From Octopus sinensis (taxonomy: Eukaryota): 64,000 nt of DNA. The notes beneath the pieces are model-generated. The model had not been told where the DNA came from, searched no databases, and was given only the letters and a program-made list of their open reading frames with translations. The stretch covers positions 16,058,001-16,122,000 of the forward strand of contig NC_043015.1 of the NCBI RefSeq assembly GCF_006345805.1. Reading direction: 5' to 3'. This document shows, one piece after another, positions 1 to 14,370 of this stretch. Made by a program: the position numbers and the translations under genes. Position 1 is the stretch's first letter; every line of letters starts with the position of its first letter.

Positions 1-991
1 TATCAATTCTTCATGATCTGTTACAAAAGAAAGTGCTGGATGGTTTTTCAAATGATAACCCCCATTGTACTTTTCACAGGATACTGTTGTCCAGTTACTA
101 CACATTTAACCTAGAATAGTGGTTCACAACCATTTTTTTCTCATGACCCCTTTGGTACATATTCTACTTGGATGGACCCTCAAAGCTATTTGATGCTTCA
201 AAAATCCTATTATATTTTTATTAAAAAATTTTGATATTTTGTGTCTTGTAGAAATATAGCCAATTTATTGCAGATAAATTTTAACAATAAAATCTTATGT
301 AGACTTCCAAGGTTCATATTGACTACAATTAAGAACCACTGTCATCAAGTCATCAACTTTTTAGAAGCATTTTTTAAATTTCAATGCAAAAACATTGGAT
401 CAATCATGTATTCTCAATTCTTGCATGAAACTTATGTTAAAAAGAATTTAAAGCCAATAATGGTTGTTTTCGTGTCTAGAAATTATAACACTAGAAAAAG
501 TGTACCTCTGACAATCAAATCGTCTTCTTTTTTAAGATGAATTAGATTAAAAAGATATAAAATATGACATCTCTCCATACATCTCAGTTCTGTACCATCT
601 CATTTTTGAACCCAAATATTCTTGGATCTGGCTTAAATATTTCTCTCTTGTGCTTACTTTAATGTACCTTTAATTCTATCTACCACAAATATATTACATG
701 TCCATACAAGTGTAGGAAACTCTTTTGAATTTATCTGCTAATGAATATTCCTGCTCCATGTGAGCTCATCTCAAAAATATAGAGTGCAAAAGAAAATGTC
801 ACTATTTTTCAATCTACTGATCAATCTAGTCTTCCAAAATCTAAAGCGTAATTACAGAAGAAAAACTCTACACAAGCTAATTCTGGAACTCTCAGACTTT
901 GGTCTTGTTTAAAATTAGATTGTTATCACATATAATAAACCATAAAAAATATACAACAAATATATAAATGCATTTTGCTCTATAAATAATT

Positions 992-1260
992 TGTACACGT
1001 ATGCATAAAAATGCATGTGTATATATTTATAAAATGTGTATGTATATATGCTCTAAAAGTATATGCGTGGGTTGTGTATATATAGATAAACATGCGTGGG
1101 TATATGTGTGTATGTCTATATATATGTACATATGTGTATGCCTATACATACATACACACATGCATATGTATATATATATATATACACACACACACACATA
1201 TATATATATATAGATGCACACACACATACACATGCACACATGTGTGTGTCTATACATATG
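992..1260. repeat. Degenerate (TA)/(TG)/(CA) microsatellite
   Basis: Alternating purine-pyrimidine tract. Confidence 0.9.
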
Positions 1261-1971
1261 CAATTTATTATTATATAACTTGCCTGCTGTAAAAATTTGA
1301 AGGAGACTGGTTTTCACAACTCTTCCTTTCTTATAGCATCAATGAAAATTAACCTATTTAAAAATAGATGAACTAATATAAATGTTGATTGCATTAATTA
1401 TATTTTATCATATTTCTAAGGTCATTTACCTATCACCATCACTAGGTTAACTTACTTTAAAAGAATCAACTCTGGGATGTAAATGTATCAGATTGCTTTC
1501 ATATGCTTTGTTTGTCTTCTGTGTATTTCTTTGTTTTCTTTCTTAATCTTTTATGTTTTTAAAGCAACATCCAAATATAGAAATGTCTTGCAGAGATTTG
1601 AGTCATTATCGGTCAGAATGCTGCCATATGACTGTACTCTGCTACTTGGGTGTGGTGTTATATCAGTAGGAGTTGTCGACAAAAAAGTAAGAAAATATCT
1701 GAAGCACTTTTCTTTAAAAATGATGTTTGTGGGATGTTAAAGAAATGTCTGAAACCTTCTTCAGAATCATGTCTGTGGGATGGTAAATCTTTAACAGAAT
1801 TTCTCAAACAACAGACAACATTACTCATTCCATCACCAAGCTGACTCAGTCATACGACAACATTATTTGCCTGGGCCTGTGGGTGGAAACTTGAGAATTC
1901 TGAGAAATTTACTTCACATATTGAATTTAACTATATTCTTTATGCTTTTCTTTAGATCAGACAGCTGTACT

Positions 1972-2038
1972 TGTGTATATGTGTGTTTATATGTGTTTGT
2001 GCATAGTATATGCACACACATACATATATGTATATATA

Positions 2039-2111
<73 letters not shown>

Positions 2112-2542
2112 TACACATATATACCACACACACATGTATATGTGTATAATATATGTAGTGTGCATATATATATATAATATATATATATATATTTATGTAT
2201 ATATGTGTGTGTGTATATATATATATATTTATTTATGTATATATGTGTGTGTATATATATATATATTTATTTATGTATATATGTATGTATGTATATATAT
2301 ATGTGTGTGTGTGTGTGTATATATGTATATCATCATCATCATCGTTTAACGTCCGCTTTCCATGCTAGCATGGGTTGGACAGTTCAACTGGGGCCTAAGA
2401 AGCCAGAAGGCTGCACCAGGCCCAGTCTGATCTGGTAGTGTTTCTACGGCTGGATGCTCTTCTTAACGCCAACCACTCCGTGAGTGTAGTGGGTGCTTTT
2501 TATGTGCCACCGGCACTATATATATATATATATGTGTATATG

Positions 2543-2589
<47 letters not shown>

Positions 2590-3145
2590 TATATATATAT
2601 ATATATGCATAACATATATATATATCATATATATATATGCATATACATATATATATTATATATATATATACATATACATATATATATATATATATATAAT
2701 ATACATATATATATATATTATATATATATACTAATATACATATACATATATATATATATATATAATATAATACATATATATTATATATATACATATATAT
2801 ATATATATGTATATATATATGTGTATGTATATGTATATATATATATATGTGTATGTATATGTATATATATATATATATATATGTGTGTATATATATATAA
2901 TATGTATATTATATATGTATATATATGTATATATATATGTATATATATATATGTATATATATATATGTGGTGCTGTATATATATATATATGTGTGTATAT
3001 ATATATATATGTGTGTGTAATATATATATATGTGTGTATATATATATGTGTGGGTATATATATATATATATGTGTGTGTGTATAATATATGTATATATAT
3101 ATATATGTGTGTGTATATATATATATGTGTGTGTATATATATATG

Positions 3146-3177
<32 letters not shown>

Positions 3178-3350
3178 TATGTATATGTATATATATGTAT
3201 ATATGTATATGAATATATATATACATATATACACATATATATATGCATACACATGTATATATATCTACATATATATATATATACATATGTCTACGTGTAT
3301 GTGTCTGTATATATATATACATATATATATATGCATGTGTGTGTTTGTGT
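1972..3350. repeat. Two large compound (TA)n/(TG)n microsatellite fields split by a SINE (2333-2517)
   Basis: About 830-bp uninterrupted field at 2517-3350. Confidence 0.95.
2333..2517 (-). mobile_element. SINE-like repeat with RTE-type (GAT)n tail, truncated
   Basis: (CAT)n-CGTTTAACGTCCGCTTTCCATGCTAGCATGGGTTGG; homologous to 42030-42470. Confidence 0.8.
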
Positions 3351-4632
3351 GTAAGTATTTAGAAAAGTATACATTCACACATATAGAGATACACACATAG
3401 ATGTTCTTGATGAGTAAGTCTATACATGACCATATATGTATAAGTAGGCATATGTGGGTTGGCAAATACGTCAGCATTTTGTAAAACCTCCTGCAGAGAC
3501 CAAGGTTCAATTTGATACAGTATACTATCTTCAAAATTAGTTAAAAAAACAGAATTTACATAGAAAATTTTTTATATCATTTTAATTTTTTATTTTGTAT
3601 TCATTCATTAATTTTTTTTAGTTCAGGAGAAGAGTAATACTTGACCAAAGTTATCAAATAAAAACACAGTTGTCATTGATGCTGTCTCTGATAAAGCTAC
3701 TTTCATGGTAGTAGGGCAGTACTAATCTTTGAAATGATATGACCTTTAAGGTCTTATGTTAAAGTCAACTTCTGTCCTATCTCAAATTTATGAACTATGA
3801 ATCAAATATAATCCTGAAGAATTATATTCAGAATGAATGGATTTGAAATTTATGGGTCAGAAGTCAAGGCAAAAGATGCCCTCACTCATACAAATTCAGT
3901 CTTAAACAAATCTAAATTAAATAAGTTTGATATTTACAATACCATCTGTTCATTGCACATTTGCATTATAAGAGTATATAAATGTGCAGGCCTTAGAGAC
4001 ATCAACTAGAATAAAGTTTACTGGCTGATTTGAATGTTCACACTCTATCCATCTCCTTTCTTCTCTGGGCATGTCTTAGCATGACATAGACTTATTTTAA
4101 GTACAGATGTTCTTCCTAATTAACATTATAGTCAAAGTTTCAGTTCACAGTCAAAACTTATAAACTTTAAATAATATCAAATAATTATTTTCCTTGTTCT
4201 GCTTTCATCATTCTTCTTACATTGAAGTTTTAGAGAGAGAGAGAGAGAGAGTGTGTGTGTGTGGTGTGTGTGTGTGTGTGTGTGTGTGTGTGATGTGCGT
4301 GCATGCGTGTGTGTGTGTGTGAAAGAGAAAGAGAGAGAGAGAAGAATAAGAAATTTCTGATTTCATTCCCCAGTGCACATTTAGCCTGCTATTGTGAGTT
4401 GGAATCTAAGACATGGTGAAGGCAAGTCATCCAGGAGATCTGAAGTCTGTTCTTCATTGACTTTATGCTAGACATTTGCAACAAATTACTGCAGTTGGGA
4501 TTTCTGAAAAGTGTGGCTAGTCCTACACCAGCATTCAACACTGTGGGTTGTCTAATGGCTACTATTTGTTAGACACTGATATATTGAAGCAAGTGGGAGA
4601 ATTTACTATATATATATATGTGTGTGTGTGTT

Positions 4633-5130
4633 GTGACCCCCTTCGGTCATGAATGACCATGAAAGTTACCCTCTGAGGCACAAGTCTGGGCAAGGTTGTT
4701 TATGGAAGACCAGTAGTCGCCCACGCATACCAGCTTCCCCTCACCATGCCACCGATGTTATCCACGGGAAAGGCAAAAGCCAATACAACTTGGCACCAGT
4801 GATGTTGCAGCTCATTTATTAATGTGCAAGTGGCTGAGCACTCCACAGACACGTGTACCCTTAACGTAGTTCTGGGGGAGATACAGCGTGACACAGTGTG
4901 TGACAAGGCTGGCCTTTTGAAATACAGGGACAACAGAAACAGGAAGAAAGAGTGAGAGAAAGTTGTGGTGAAAGAGTACAGCAGGGTTTGCCACCACCCC
5001 CTACCAGAGCCTCGTGGAGCTTAAGGTGTTTTCACTCAATAATCACTCACAATGCTCACTCTGGGTTTCAAAACCGCGATCCTACGACTGCGAGTCCACT
5101 GCCCTAACCACTGGGCCATTGTGCCTCCAC
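4633..5130 (-). mobile_element. tRNA-derived SINE (GTGGAGGCACAATGGCCCAGTGGTTAGG head) adjoining a second repeat fragment
   Basis: 4818-5130 is homologous to 51423-51790; 4633-4815 is a different GC-richer repeat fragment. Confidence 0.75.
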
Positions 5131-5572
5131 TAAATATACATATATATATACACACACACACACTCATATATATATATATACTGTTTATATATATACATAC
5201 AAGTTTATATATATATACATGTTTATATATATATGCGTGTGTGTGTGTGTATATATATATACATATATATAGTCATTAGATGTTTGCTCTGACTCTCTAT
5301 AGCTAAATTGAGTACTAATTCCTCCAAGTTTAACTGTGCCTTTCATTCTTTTGGAATTAAAGATTCAGGGCTGTAGATTGGTGGAATTACTAGAGCATCA
5401 GATGGGATAATTTGATGTGTCTTTTCTGGTACTCCAGTGTCTGACTAATTTACCAAGCAATAGCAAGATCTTCATCAAAAGAAAAAAGAACTTTACCTAT
5501 GCCTCAATCTTGGAAAGAAACTTTCCACGTACAGACATGCAAACTATTTGTAACAGATAGCAATGGCTATTT

Positions 5573-5619
<47 letters not shown>

Positions 5620-5745
5620 CATACATACATACGTACATACATACATACATACATACATACATAATTGGGATAAAATCATTATTTAATGATTTATCTTTGG
5701 CCAGCATGCTAAAAATACCATAATAGTTAAATTATATTAAAAATT

Positions 5746-6006
5746 ATAAGGGTGTTGAATGATTACAACACCAGTCTGCTAGAAATAGGCCCAAAAGGTC
5801 TATGAACCACTTAGATTATTACTCCACTACACAAGGTTTAAAGTGAGGGAAATAGACAGCAAGGATTTATAAAATTATTTTAAAATCCTCGCTGTCTATT
5901 TTCCTTGCTTACAACCTTGTGTAGTGGAGTAATAATCTAAGTGGTTCATAGACCTTTTGGGGTCTATTTCTAGCAGACTGGTGTTGTAATCATTCAACAC
6001 CCTTAT
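5746..6006. mobile_element. Fold-back / MITE-like long palindrome
   Basis: Arms of about 125 bp (ATAAGGGTGTTGAATG...CATTCAACACCCTTAT), nearly identical over the outer ~95 bp, short AT-rich spacer, TA-rich flanks. Confidence 0.75.
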
Positions 6007-7132
6007 TATAATTTATATATATATATATATATAATATGAATATATGAATATAATAGATTGTAATAACTATCAACTAGTGGGTGACGTGTTTGAAAAACAA
6101 TGGCTGTTTTTCAAACATGATGCTTCCTATGAAACATGGTGCCTTCAAGTTCAATTATATAAAAATTAAAAGTACACACTTCATATAATCAAGGAAATTT
6201 GCACATGATATCCCAATGATATTTTGAGGATAAAGTTTTATTTCTTCAACCATCCTTATACCAAGTAATTTTTCAATTTTGTCATAATGAAAAATAGCCT
6301 AAATGTTGATTTTGGTACAGCAGGGTTATCATGATTTGACAGGGTGGAAAACAGAAAAATAGCTGTTACTAAATTTTAGTGATATCATTTTAATTCTTTG
6401 AGAATCATAGTCTTTTTCTCCAGATAACTTCATAATTATAGCATGCCACAATACAGCTATACATATAAATGTGAACTTGCAAATGGTGTAAAGAGTAGCA
6501 GATTTTCATTAAATATCAACATATCAATAATCAGTTGATGACTTATGGAACGGATACGCACTACCATTTATTGAACTTTTGATAGTTTGTATAGTAGCCA
6601 AAGGGTCTCATAATAGGTATAGATTCCTTCTAATATGGGTGTGCAGCAAGTGTTTATTCATTTATTTGCTACTATTCAGAAACATTTTTTTTTTGCTTCC
6701 TTCCATCATACCATATTACCACTTGCCACCACGACTAAATTCCTCTCTCTCTCTTTCTCTCTCCCCCCTCTCTCTCCCCACCTACTTTCTTCTTCCACAG
6801 ACTTCACTTTGCTTTCATATTCTAATATTTCTAATCCACAACCCACATCTGTTTCTCTTCCACTCTTACAGTCTCTTCACATACTTGGAATTGGTATTCT
6901 TCTCTTCTTACAAAAGATAACAATCTAGAAAGGAAATTACAGACTTCCACATTTTACTGTCATTCAGGCTGTTAAAGAATAAAGAAATGGAACAAGTAGA
7001 TAGAAGAACTTACACATACATGGAAAGATACCTATATATATGTATGTGTATGCATGTGTATATGTATGTGTGTGTGTACACACACACACACACACACACC
7101 CATAAATTCATGCTTACACATATACATATATA

Positions 7133-7795
7133 TGTAGCAGGCTAGATGTGATGTGCCATATAAATTGGTGTATAGATGTAATGCTTGAAGGTTCTCATGT
7201 CAGAGTACCAGTAAACATCGAGGAATTGACACCAAGAAGGAAGAAATGTTATTTACATATGTTTATTTGTTGCCTGACTGGTTGTTAAAGAGACCATAGC
7301 AATTCTAGTAATAGTGACAACAAGGATGGCTCACTGGTTAGTAGTTGATAATGTAGAAAAAGATTGTCAGTAGAGAGTGAAAGAGTAAGGAATGCATGGT
7401 GCTGACTAGAAAGGAAGAAAGGATAAAGGTGGTATCGCCTTCCTTGCAGCCGAAAGCCCCTCTTCGCATGTTGAGCAAAGGGCAAAGAGAAGTGCTGCTC
7501 TTGGTTAAGGCTGACACAAAGCAAAGCGCAAAGCAAAGCGGGTGTTGCTCCTTGGTCTGGCTGACACCAAAGAGGAAGTAATAGAAAATTCTTTCTGTTA
7601 TATAGACTATGGTCAGTAATGTAGGTCAAACCTTAAACAAAGGCCTGACCTTTCCTTGACCAGTACAGGTCCTAGGGAGTGGAGCGTTTCCTTATCAATC
7701 ATCTGGTGTGGAGAGGATTTCCCACTCATTTTGACAAGCAACACACTGGTGGATTTGGTTTCAACTCTCATGCAGGGTCAAGCTAGATCCTTACA
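7133..7795 (-). mobile_element. Possible degenerate solo LTR
   Basis: TGTA...TACA termini with imperfect inverted ends, flanks TATA/TGTA (1 mismatch), minus-strand TATA-like (near 7600) and AATAAA (near 7264) in LTR order. Confidence 0.35.
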
Positions 7796-7802
7796 TGTAT
7801 AT

Positions 7803-8017
7803 TCTTTTCTACTCTATGCACAAGGTCCAAAATTTTGGTGGGAGGAGGCCAGTTGATTAGATCGACTCCAGTATGCAACTGGTACTTAATTTATCGACCC
7901 AAAAGGATGAAAGGCAAAGCTGACCTCGATAGAACTTGAACTCAGACCATAAAGACAGACGAAATACTGCTAAGCATTTCACCCTGCGTGCTAATGTTTC
8001 TGCCAGTTCGCCGCCTT
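7803..8017 (-). mobile_element. tRNA-headed SINE, Nin-like core
   Basis: AAGGCGGCGAACTGGCAGAAAC head, B box, core motif shared with 40895-41750. Confidence 0.8.
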
Positions 8018-8994
8018 ACATATATATATCATTAGAGATTTACTGTTTAGCAATGAAACTATGACTTCACCAAGTCAAAGATGCCATTAAATAAGTGAAC
8101 ACAGAGTTTCTTTCCTAAAGCATTAATTCTGTAAAATATAACTATTTGACTGGATTTCTGAAAAAATAGAAAGAAGACTCTATAAGTCTTTGATTCAAAT
8201 TTCCTACAAATAGGCATACACACTCACTCATATATGTTTATATATATATATGATAACCCCATAAACTGGCCTACCCCATTATAATATTAACTGCTCCACA
8301 TCTTAGAATGTGCTTCTCCAGATTTATGTATTTCTACAAACGATATATATATATGTATATATATAAATGTATATATATATATATATATATATAAATATAT
8401 ATAATATTAGTGTGTATTTTTATGTCTGTGTTTGTCCGCCATTACCACTCAACAACCGGTGTTGGTGTGTTTATGTTCTTGTTACTTAGTGGCTTGGCAA
8501 AAGAGACAAATAAGATAAGTACCAAGCTTAAAGAAGATAAGTAATGGGGCCAACATGTCCAATTAAAATTCCTCAAGGCATGGCCACAGTCTGAAACAAG
8601 TAAAAGATTAAAGATACACACACACACACACACACACTCATATATAGTTTGTATAATGACCAAAGTGTTTCATAGTATGGTATAAACACCTTATAAATTT
8701 GTCAAAGTCCTTTGACAAACCAAGCTGAATGATTGATTACCCTAGTAGCTCATCAAATAGTCAATTTAAATGATTGGCTAAACGTTTGACTAACTGACTA
8801 ATATTAATTTTTAAAAAAGCATAATAGAGTCAGTGGGAGTATATTTATTATTGAAATAAAGACCCTCCTGAAATACAAGGAAATGTGCTTTTTCAACAGA
8901 TGAGATCCTATCAAGGATCTTGCAAACCAAATACAAAAACTGAAATACACACACACAATGTATGTATGTATGTATATATTCTTTTTTTATTTTG

Positions 8995-9374
8995 TTTTTT
9001 TACTTGTTTCAGTCATTTGACTGCAGCCATGCTGGAGCACTGTCTTTAGTCAAACAATTTGACCCCAGGATTTATTCTTTGTAAGCCTAGTACTTATTCT
9101 GTTGGTCTCTTTTACCAAACCATTAAGTTATGAGGATGTAAATACACCAACATCGGTTGTCAAGCAATGGTGGAGGGACAAATTCAGACACACAAATATA
9201 CATATATATATACGATGGGCTTCTTTCGGTTTCTATCTACCAAATCCACTCACAAGGCTTTGGTTAGCCTGAGGCTATAACAGAAGACACTTGCCAAAGG
9301 TGCCATGCTGTGGAACTGAACCCAGAAGCATGTGGCTGGGAAGCAAGCTTCTTACCACACAGCTATGCCTGCAT

Positions 9375-9376
<2 letters not shown>
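8995..9376 (-). mobile_element. tRNA-headed SINE family with internal microsatellite (CCTTGGGCAAGTGTCTT core)
   Basis: Reverse-complement homolog of 11102-11462 and 47134-47500. Confidence 0.8.
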
Positions 9377-9423
<47 letters not shown>

Positions 9424-9452
9424 ATGTGTGTGTGTATATATATATATATATA

Positions 9453-9483
<31 letters not shown>

Positions 9484-9637
9484 GTGTGTGTATATATATA
9501 TATATGTGTGTGTATATATATATATATGTGTGTGTATATATATATATATGTGTGTGTGTATGTATATATATATGTGTGTATGTATATATATATATGTGTG
9601 TATGTATGTATGTATGTATATATATATATATATATAT
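9376..9637. repeat. Compound (TA)n(TG)n microsatellite with higher-order units
   Basis: Repeated TATGTGTGTG(TA)n blocks. Confidence 0.95.
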
Positions 9638-10073
9638 GAAAGTCTATATACAGTTTTTGAAGTGTAAAGGAGATTTTTCTTAAAAAAAGTATTTTTCTTT
9701 TTTAAATGTTATGAAATCTTTTATGAGGATGTTACTAACCATTTTTGGGAAGAATAATTTTCTAGTGTGTGAGCAGTTTCATTAAACCTTTTCATACATA
9801 TATATGTATGGGTATACATATATATAAATATATTGTTTTTTGGTTCTAAATTGCAAATAACCAACTTAATAATTTATATATATACATACATATGATACAT
9901 ATTCTTATATATACATGCATTCAGTGATATTGGTCAGTTGACAGAAAACAAGAAAAACATTTCCTAAAAGTAAAACTCTGTCAACATAGCAGAGTCAAAT
10001 TTATTAATAATTTCCAGTTGACTAGGATTTTCAGGTGAAATTTGAAATCCTTGTCAACTCAAAATTATTCTAT

Positions 10074-10159
<86 letters not shown>

Positions 10160-10164
10160 ACACA

Positions 10165-11045
10165 CAATGTGCATTCAAAAAGCATCTGACTTTATTTTTT
10201 CCTGCCAAAATTAATACTATGTCGGCAAAATTCTTTAGGTGAGAGGTGACATCACCCTTCATGGTATGCTGCATCAGTTCCTGGCTGTTATGCCTAGAGT
10301 ACAGATGTGCACACTTGTCAGATTACTGTTTTCACTGATCACATCAACCAGGGATATTGCATGAAGTTTTGTCAAAAGCTAGGTGATACTGAAGCTCAAA
10401 CCATCCAGGAGATTCAGCAGGTCTTTGGCAGTAAGGATATGGACAAAACTCAGATCAAGAAGTGGTGCAATCACTTTAAATATAACTATAGTTCAGTGGA
10501 GAGCAAGGCATGCTCAAACAGGCCATCCACAAGTCAAAACAAGGAGCTGATTCAGTAGGTTCGGCAAACAGTCATGGAAGACCACCATGTAACAATCCAG
10601 GAAATTGCTCATGAAGTAGGAATAAACACAGGATCAGTGCATTCCATTTTCACAAAGGATTTGTGCATGCCGAGAGTATTGGCAAAATTTGTCCCCAAAA
10701 TGCTGGCAGATCAGCAGAAGCAACTCTGCATGGAAATCACTCAAGACATCCTGGACTGTACAAACCATGACCCAGATTTCATGAAGATGATTATCACTGG
10801 TGATAAGACATAGGTATATGGTCTCTGTGTGATGCGTTCAGCCATCTTGTGTGAAGACGAAAATCCGACAAGCATACACATGTTTGTACTAAAGACATAA
10901 CAGTCAGGAACTGAGGTGGCCTACCAACATGATAATTTTGAATGCATGCACAGGAAGGGTGGCATCACCTTCCACCTAAAGGATTTGGTCCAAGTGGTAT
11001 TAGTTTTGTTGGGAAAAAATAAAATCAGATACTTTTTCAATGTAC

Positions 11046-11049
<4 letters not shown>
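10165..11049 (+). mobile_element. Defective mariner transposon with a long inverted duplication of its 5' end
   Basis: Translation CMKFCQKLG...RPSTS...VTIQEIAHEVGI...KFVPKML...IITGDKT*VYG (mariner HTH region up to the first catalytic D). 10822-11049 is an inverted copy of 10165-10354. Confidence 0.9.
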
Positions 11050-11101
<52 letters not shown>

Positions 11102-11104
<3 letters not shown>

Positions 11105-11462
11105 TGCAGGTGTGGCTATGTGGTAAGAAGCTTGCTTCCCAACCACATGGTTCTAGGTTCAGTCCAACTGTATGGCACCTTGGGCAAGTGTCTTCTACTA
11201 TAGCCTCAGACTGACCAAAGCCTTGTGAGTGGATTTGGTAGATGGAAACTGAAAGTAGCCTGTCGTATATATGTATGTATATGTTTGACAACTGATGTTG
11301 GTGTGATTACATCATTGTAACTTAGCAGTTCGGCAAAAGAGACCAATAGAATAAGTACTAGGCTTACAAAGAATAAGTCCTGAGGCCGATTTGTTCAACT
11401 AAAGACAGTGCTCCAGCATGGCTATAGTCAAATGACTGAAACAAGTAAAAGAAAAAGAATAA
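11102..11462 (+). mobile_element. tRNA-headed SINE family with internal microsatellite
   Basis: GTGGCTATGTGGTAAGAAGC head, GGTTCAGTCC box, core, 3' GACTGAAACAAGTAAAAGA(A)n. Confidence 0.82.
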
Positions 11463-11692
<230 letters not shown>

Positions 11693-11708
11693 TCTTTATT
11701 GCTTTTGA

Positions 11709-11900
11709 AAGGTGAGTTGCTGGCAGAATCATTAGCACATTGGACAAAATGCTTAGCAGCATTTCTCCTATTCTTTACATATTATGTTCAAATCCCACTA
11801 AGGTCACCTTTGCTTTACATCCCTTCAAGGTCAATAAAATAAAGTACCAGTCAAGCACTGGGGGTGAGAGTAACTGAATTGTCCCTCCTCTGAGTCTTGA
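11709..11900 (+). mobile_element. tRNA-headed SINE, Nin-like core
   Basis: AGGTGAGTTGCTGGCAGAATCATTAGCAC head, GTTCAAATC B box, core. Confidence 0.75.
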
Positions 11901-13364
11901 GCCCAGCAATGGAATAGCATCTTGCTCAGGCATATTTTGGTTGTCTTCATTATCTCACAATTTTTATGCTATTACCTACACTGTTCCCATTGAAATAAGT
12001 AACAATATTTTTGTTCATAAAAATAGTCTGGTTGACTGTTCTCCTTAACTATTGGCCATTTTGTCTCTTTCAAGTGCCATTTTTTTTATATAAATGCCAC
12101 TTGTTTTCTCATCATGAAAGCTTAAAGTTAATTGTTTCATATGGAGAATGCCAAATGTTTTTATATGGACATATTTAAAACTAAGCGAACAGGAAAAAAA
12201 GTCATTGTTCCAAGTTGTGTTAATAAAAATTTGTGCCCAAATGCATTATCTTAAGGAACAAGATTTGAAGGTAGATAATTGTTATTTCTTTGATTAATTA
12301 TGTGTCACTCCACGCAACTTTAGGAACTTCCTAAATTACCCTATTGAATCTTGTTAACACATGAAACCATAATCTATAATTAAAACATATAACTATAAAT
12401 AATTTAGATGAGGGTTTTCACTCACCAAGGTCCTTAACAAAAGATGGCATTTCCATCTGTTTTCGTTCTTACCTATACAATTGTAACATGTATTATTCTA
12501 CACTATCATAGAACTGTCAGGATATATTTGGAAGGAACACTTTGAAAAACATAGTGGTTGTTAAGAGTGAAACAACATTGGTAATATATTAAAAAAAAGT
12601 CATTTGATGTCCCATCTTTTTCTTTCTGTAAACTAAAACATATCTTACTTCAGATATTTCAAGTAATCAAATAGCAATTTTATAATTAGCATTAATTTTA
12701 TTAGTCTGTCTTTTATAGTATTGCAGAAGAAGTCTGTCCACAATTTTGTATCAGAGCCAATCCCTGTTTAGATAGTACCTCAGAGCAAAGGTTGAAGCCT
12801 TGAGAAATTGTCCCTATATAGTATATATTTACTTGACCTAGTCACTGTAACACAAAGGATAACTTGCTTAACTGCATTTGTCAACAAGAAATAAATTTAA
12901 ATTTCTAATAAGAGATTAGCGACACTTTAGATGAATAAAACAAGAAAAGTAACTATTATACAACTATAGAGTAATCAAATCACAATAGCAATTTGACATT
13001 TGTATTATTATTAAATACAATGAAGAATATATTGATTAAACATCTTCAAGCTGTCAGTTTTCATGTATATTTCTTGAAAATTTTCCTGCTTTTACCAGTC
13101 TTGTCATTTATAAAAAGTTATAAATAGCTAGGTTTGTGTGCACTGACATATATAGATGACTGTACACTATTATCAATTCAATAAGCTTGGCCCCTTCCCA
13201 TGGGAAAATTGAATTGATTTCAGTACATGAGTGATATTTATTTTACTAACCCAAGAAAAAAAAAAAAAAAAAACAGGTAGGATTTTAACTTAGAAATATA
13301 AGGTGCCATTACTCCATCATCTTTACCAATTATAGCAATAAATAAACAAATAATTCTTTTTATC

Positions 13365-13896
13365 AAATTAACAAACCCTAAAATTTTGGAGAGTAGGGGC
13401 TAGTTGATTACATCAACCCCAATATTCAACTGGTACTAACTTCCTCAACTTAAAAATGATGAAAGGCAAAGTCAACCTCAGTGGAATTTGAACTTAGGGC
13501 ATAATGACAGACAAAATACTACTAAACGCTATGTGCATTTTATCAGCTCACCACCTTGATAATAATAATAATATGAACAACCTGGTATGTACATTTTAAT
13601 GGCCTACGAATGTATACAGTGAGTTTCTTTGCCCTAGGTGTTGGGAAGACACTCGGCAAGAAATGGAAACAAAACTGAAAAAGATAATGATAATAATAAT
13701 AATCCTTTCTACTATAGACACAAGGCCTGAAATTTTGGGGAAAAGGGCTAGTCAGTTTCATCAACTCCAGTACTTGACTGGTACTTATTTTATTGACCCC
13801 CAAAAGGATGAAAGGCGAAGTCAACCTTGGCAGAATTTGTACTCAAAGCGCTACTAAGCAATTTGTCCAGCAATTTGTCTCTATCAGCTCACTGGC

Positions 13897-13898
<2 letters not shown>
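13365..13898 (-). mobile_element. Two tandem SINE copies, Nin-like core
   Basis: Two occurrences of GAAAGGC(A/G)AAGTCAACC plus CTGGTACT core, each followed by (TAA)n. Confidence 0.75.
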
Positions 13899-13928
<30 letters not shown>

Positions 13929-14237
13929 TGCTAACTTATGTACACGTTTGTAGACACAGTGTATTGTTACCTTCAGTTCACTTCAGTAGTTAACTGGTGC
14001 TTGTTTAATCAATTCCAGAAGAATGGAAAGCAAAGTCAATCTCAACAGAATTTGAATGCAGAATATGAAAGGCTACAACTAAATGTTGCATGGCATTTTT
14101 GTCCTATACCCTACTGTTCTTCCACTCCACTGCTCTTTTATAAATATTGATTTCTCCTAGGGGGCATAAATTTCAATGGGAAAGGGCAAAGCTGACTGAA
14201 TTGATAAGAAACAGTTGTGTATATACATACATAAATA

Positions 14238-14285
<48 letters not shown>

Positions 14286-14370
14286 GTAGGTCCCGGGTTG
14301 ATTCGGGGTTAACCACAGTAAATAAGGTACTCAATACATAGCAGAGTAAAATTAATTTATTATATAGAAG

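Noticed and set aside
241-540. 99-aa ORF at the window start
   Set aside because: Non-ATG start, AT-rich, no motif or splice support; probably a decayed repeat.
1001-3400. Many long ORFs rich in Y/I/C/V/H/T (also near 9.3, 11.4, 18.6, 19.7, 21.7 and 46.7 kb)
   Set aside because: They are translations of stop-poor (TA)/(TG)/(CA) microsatellites, with no splice or codon evidence.
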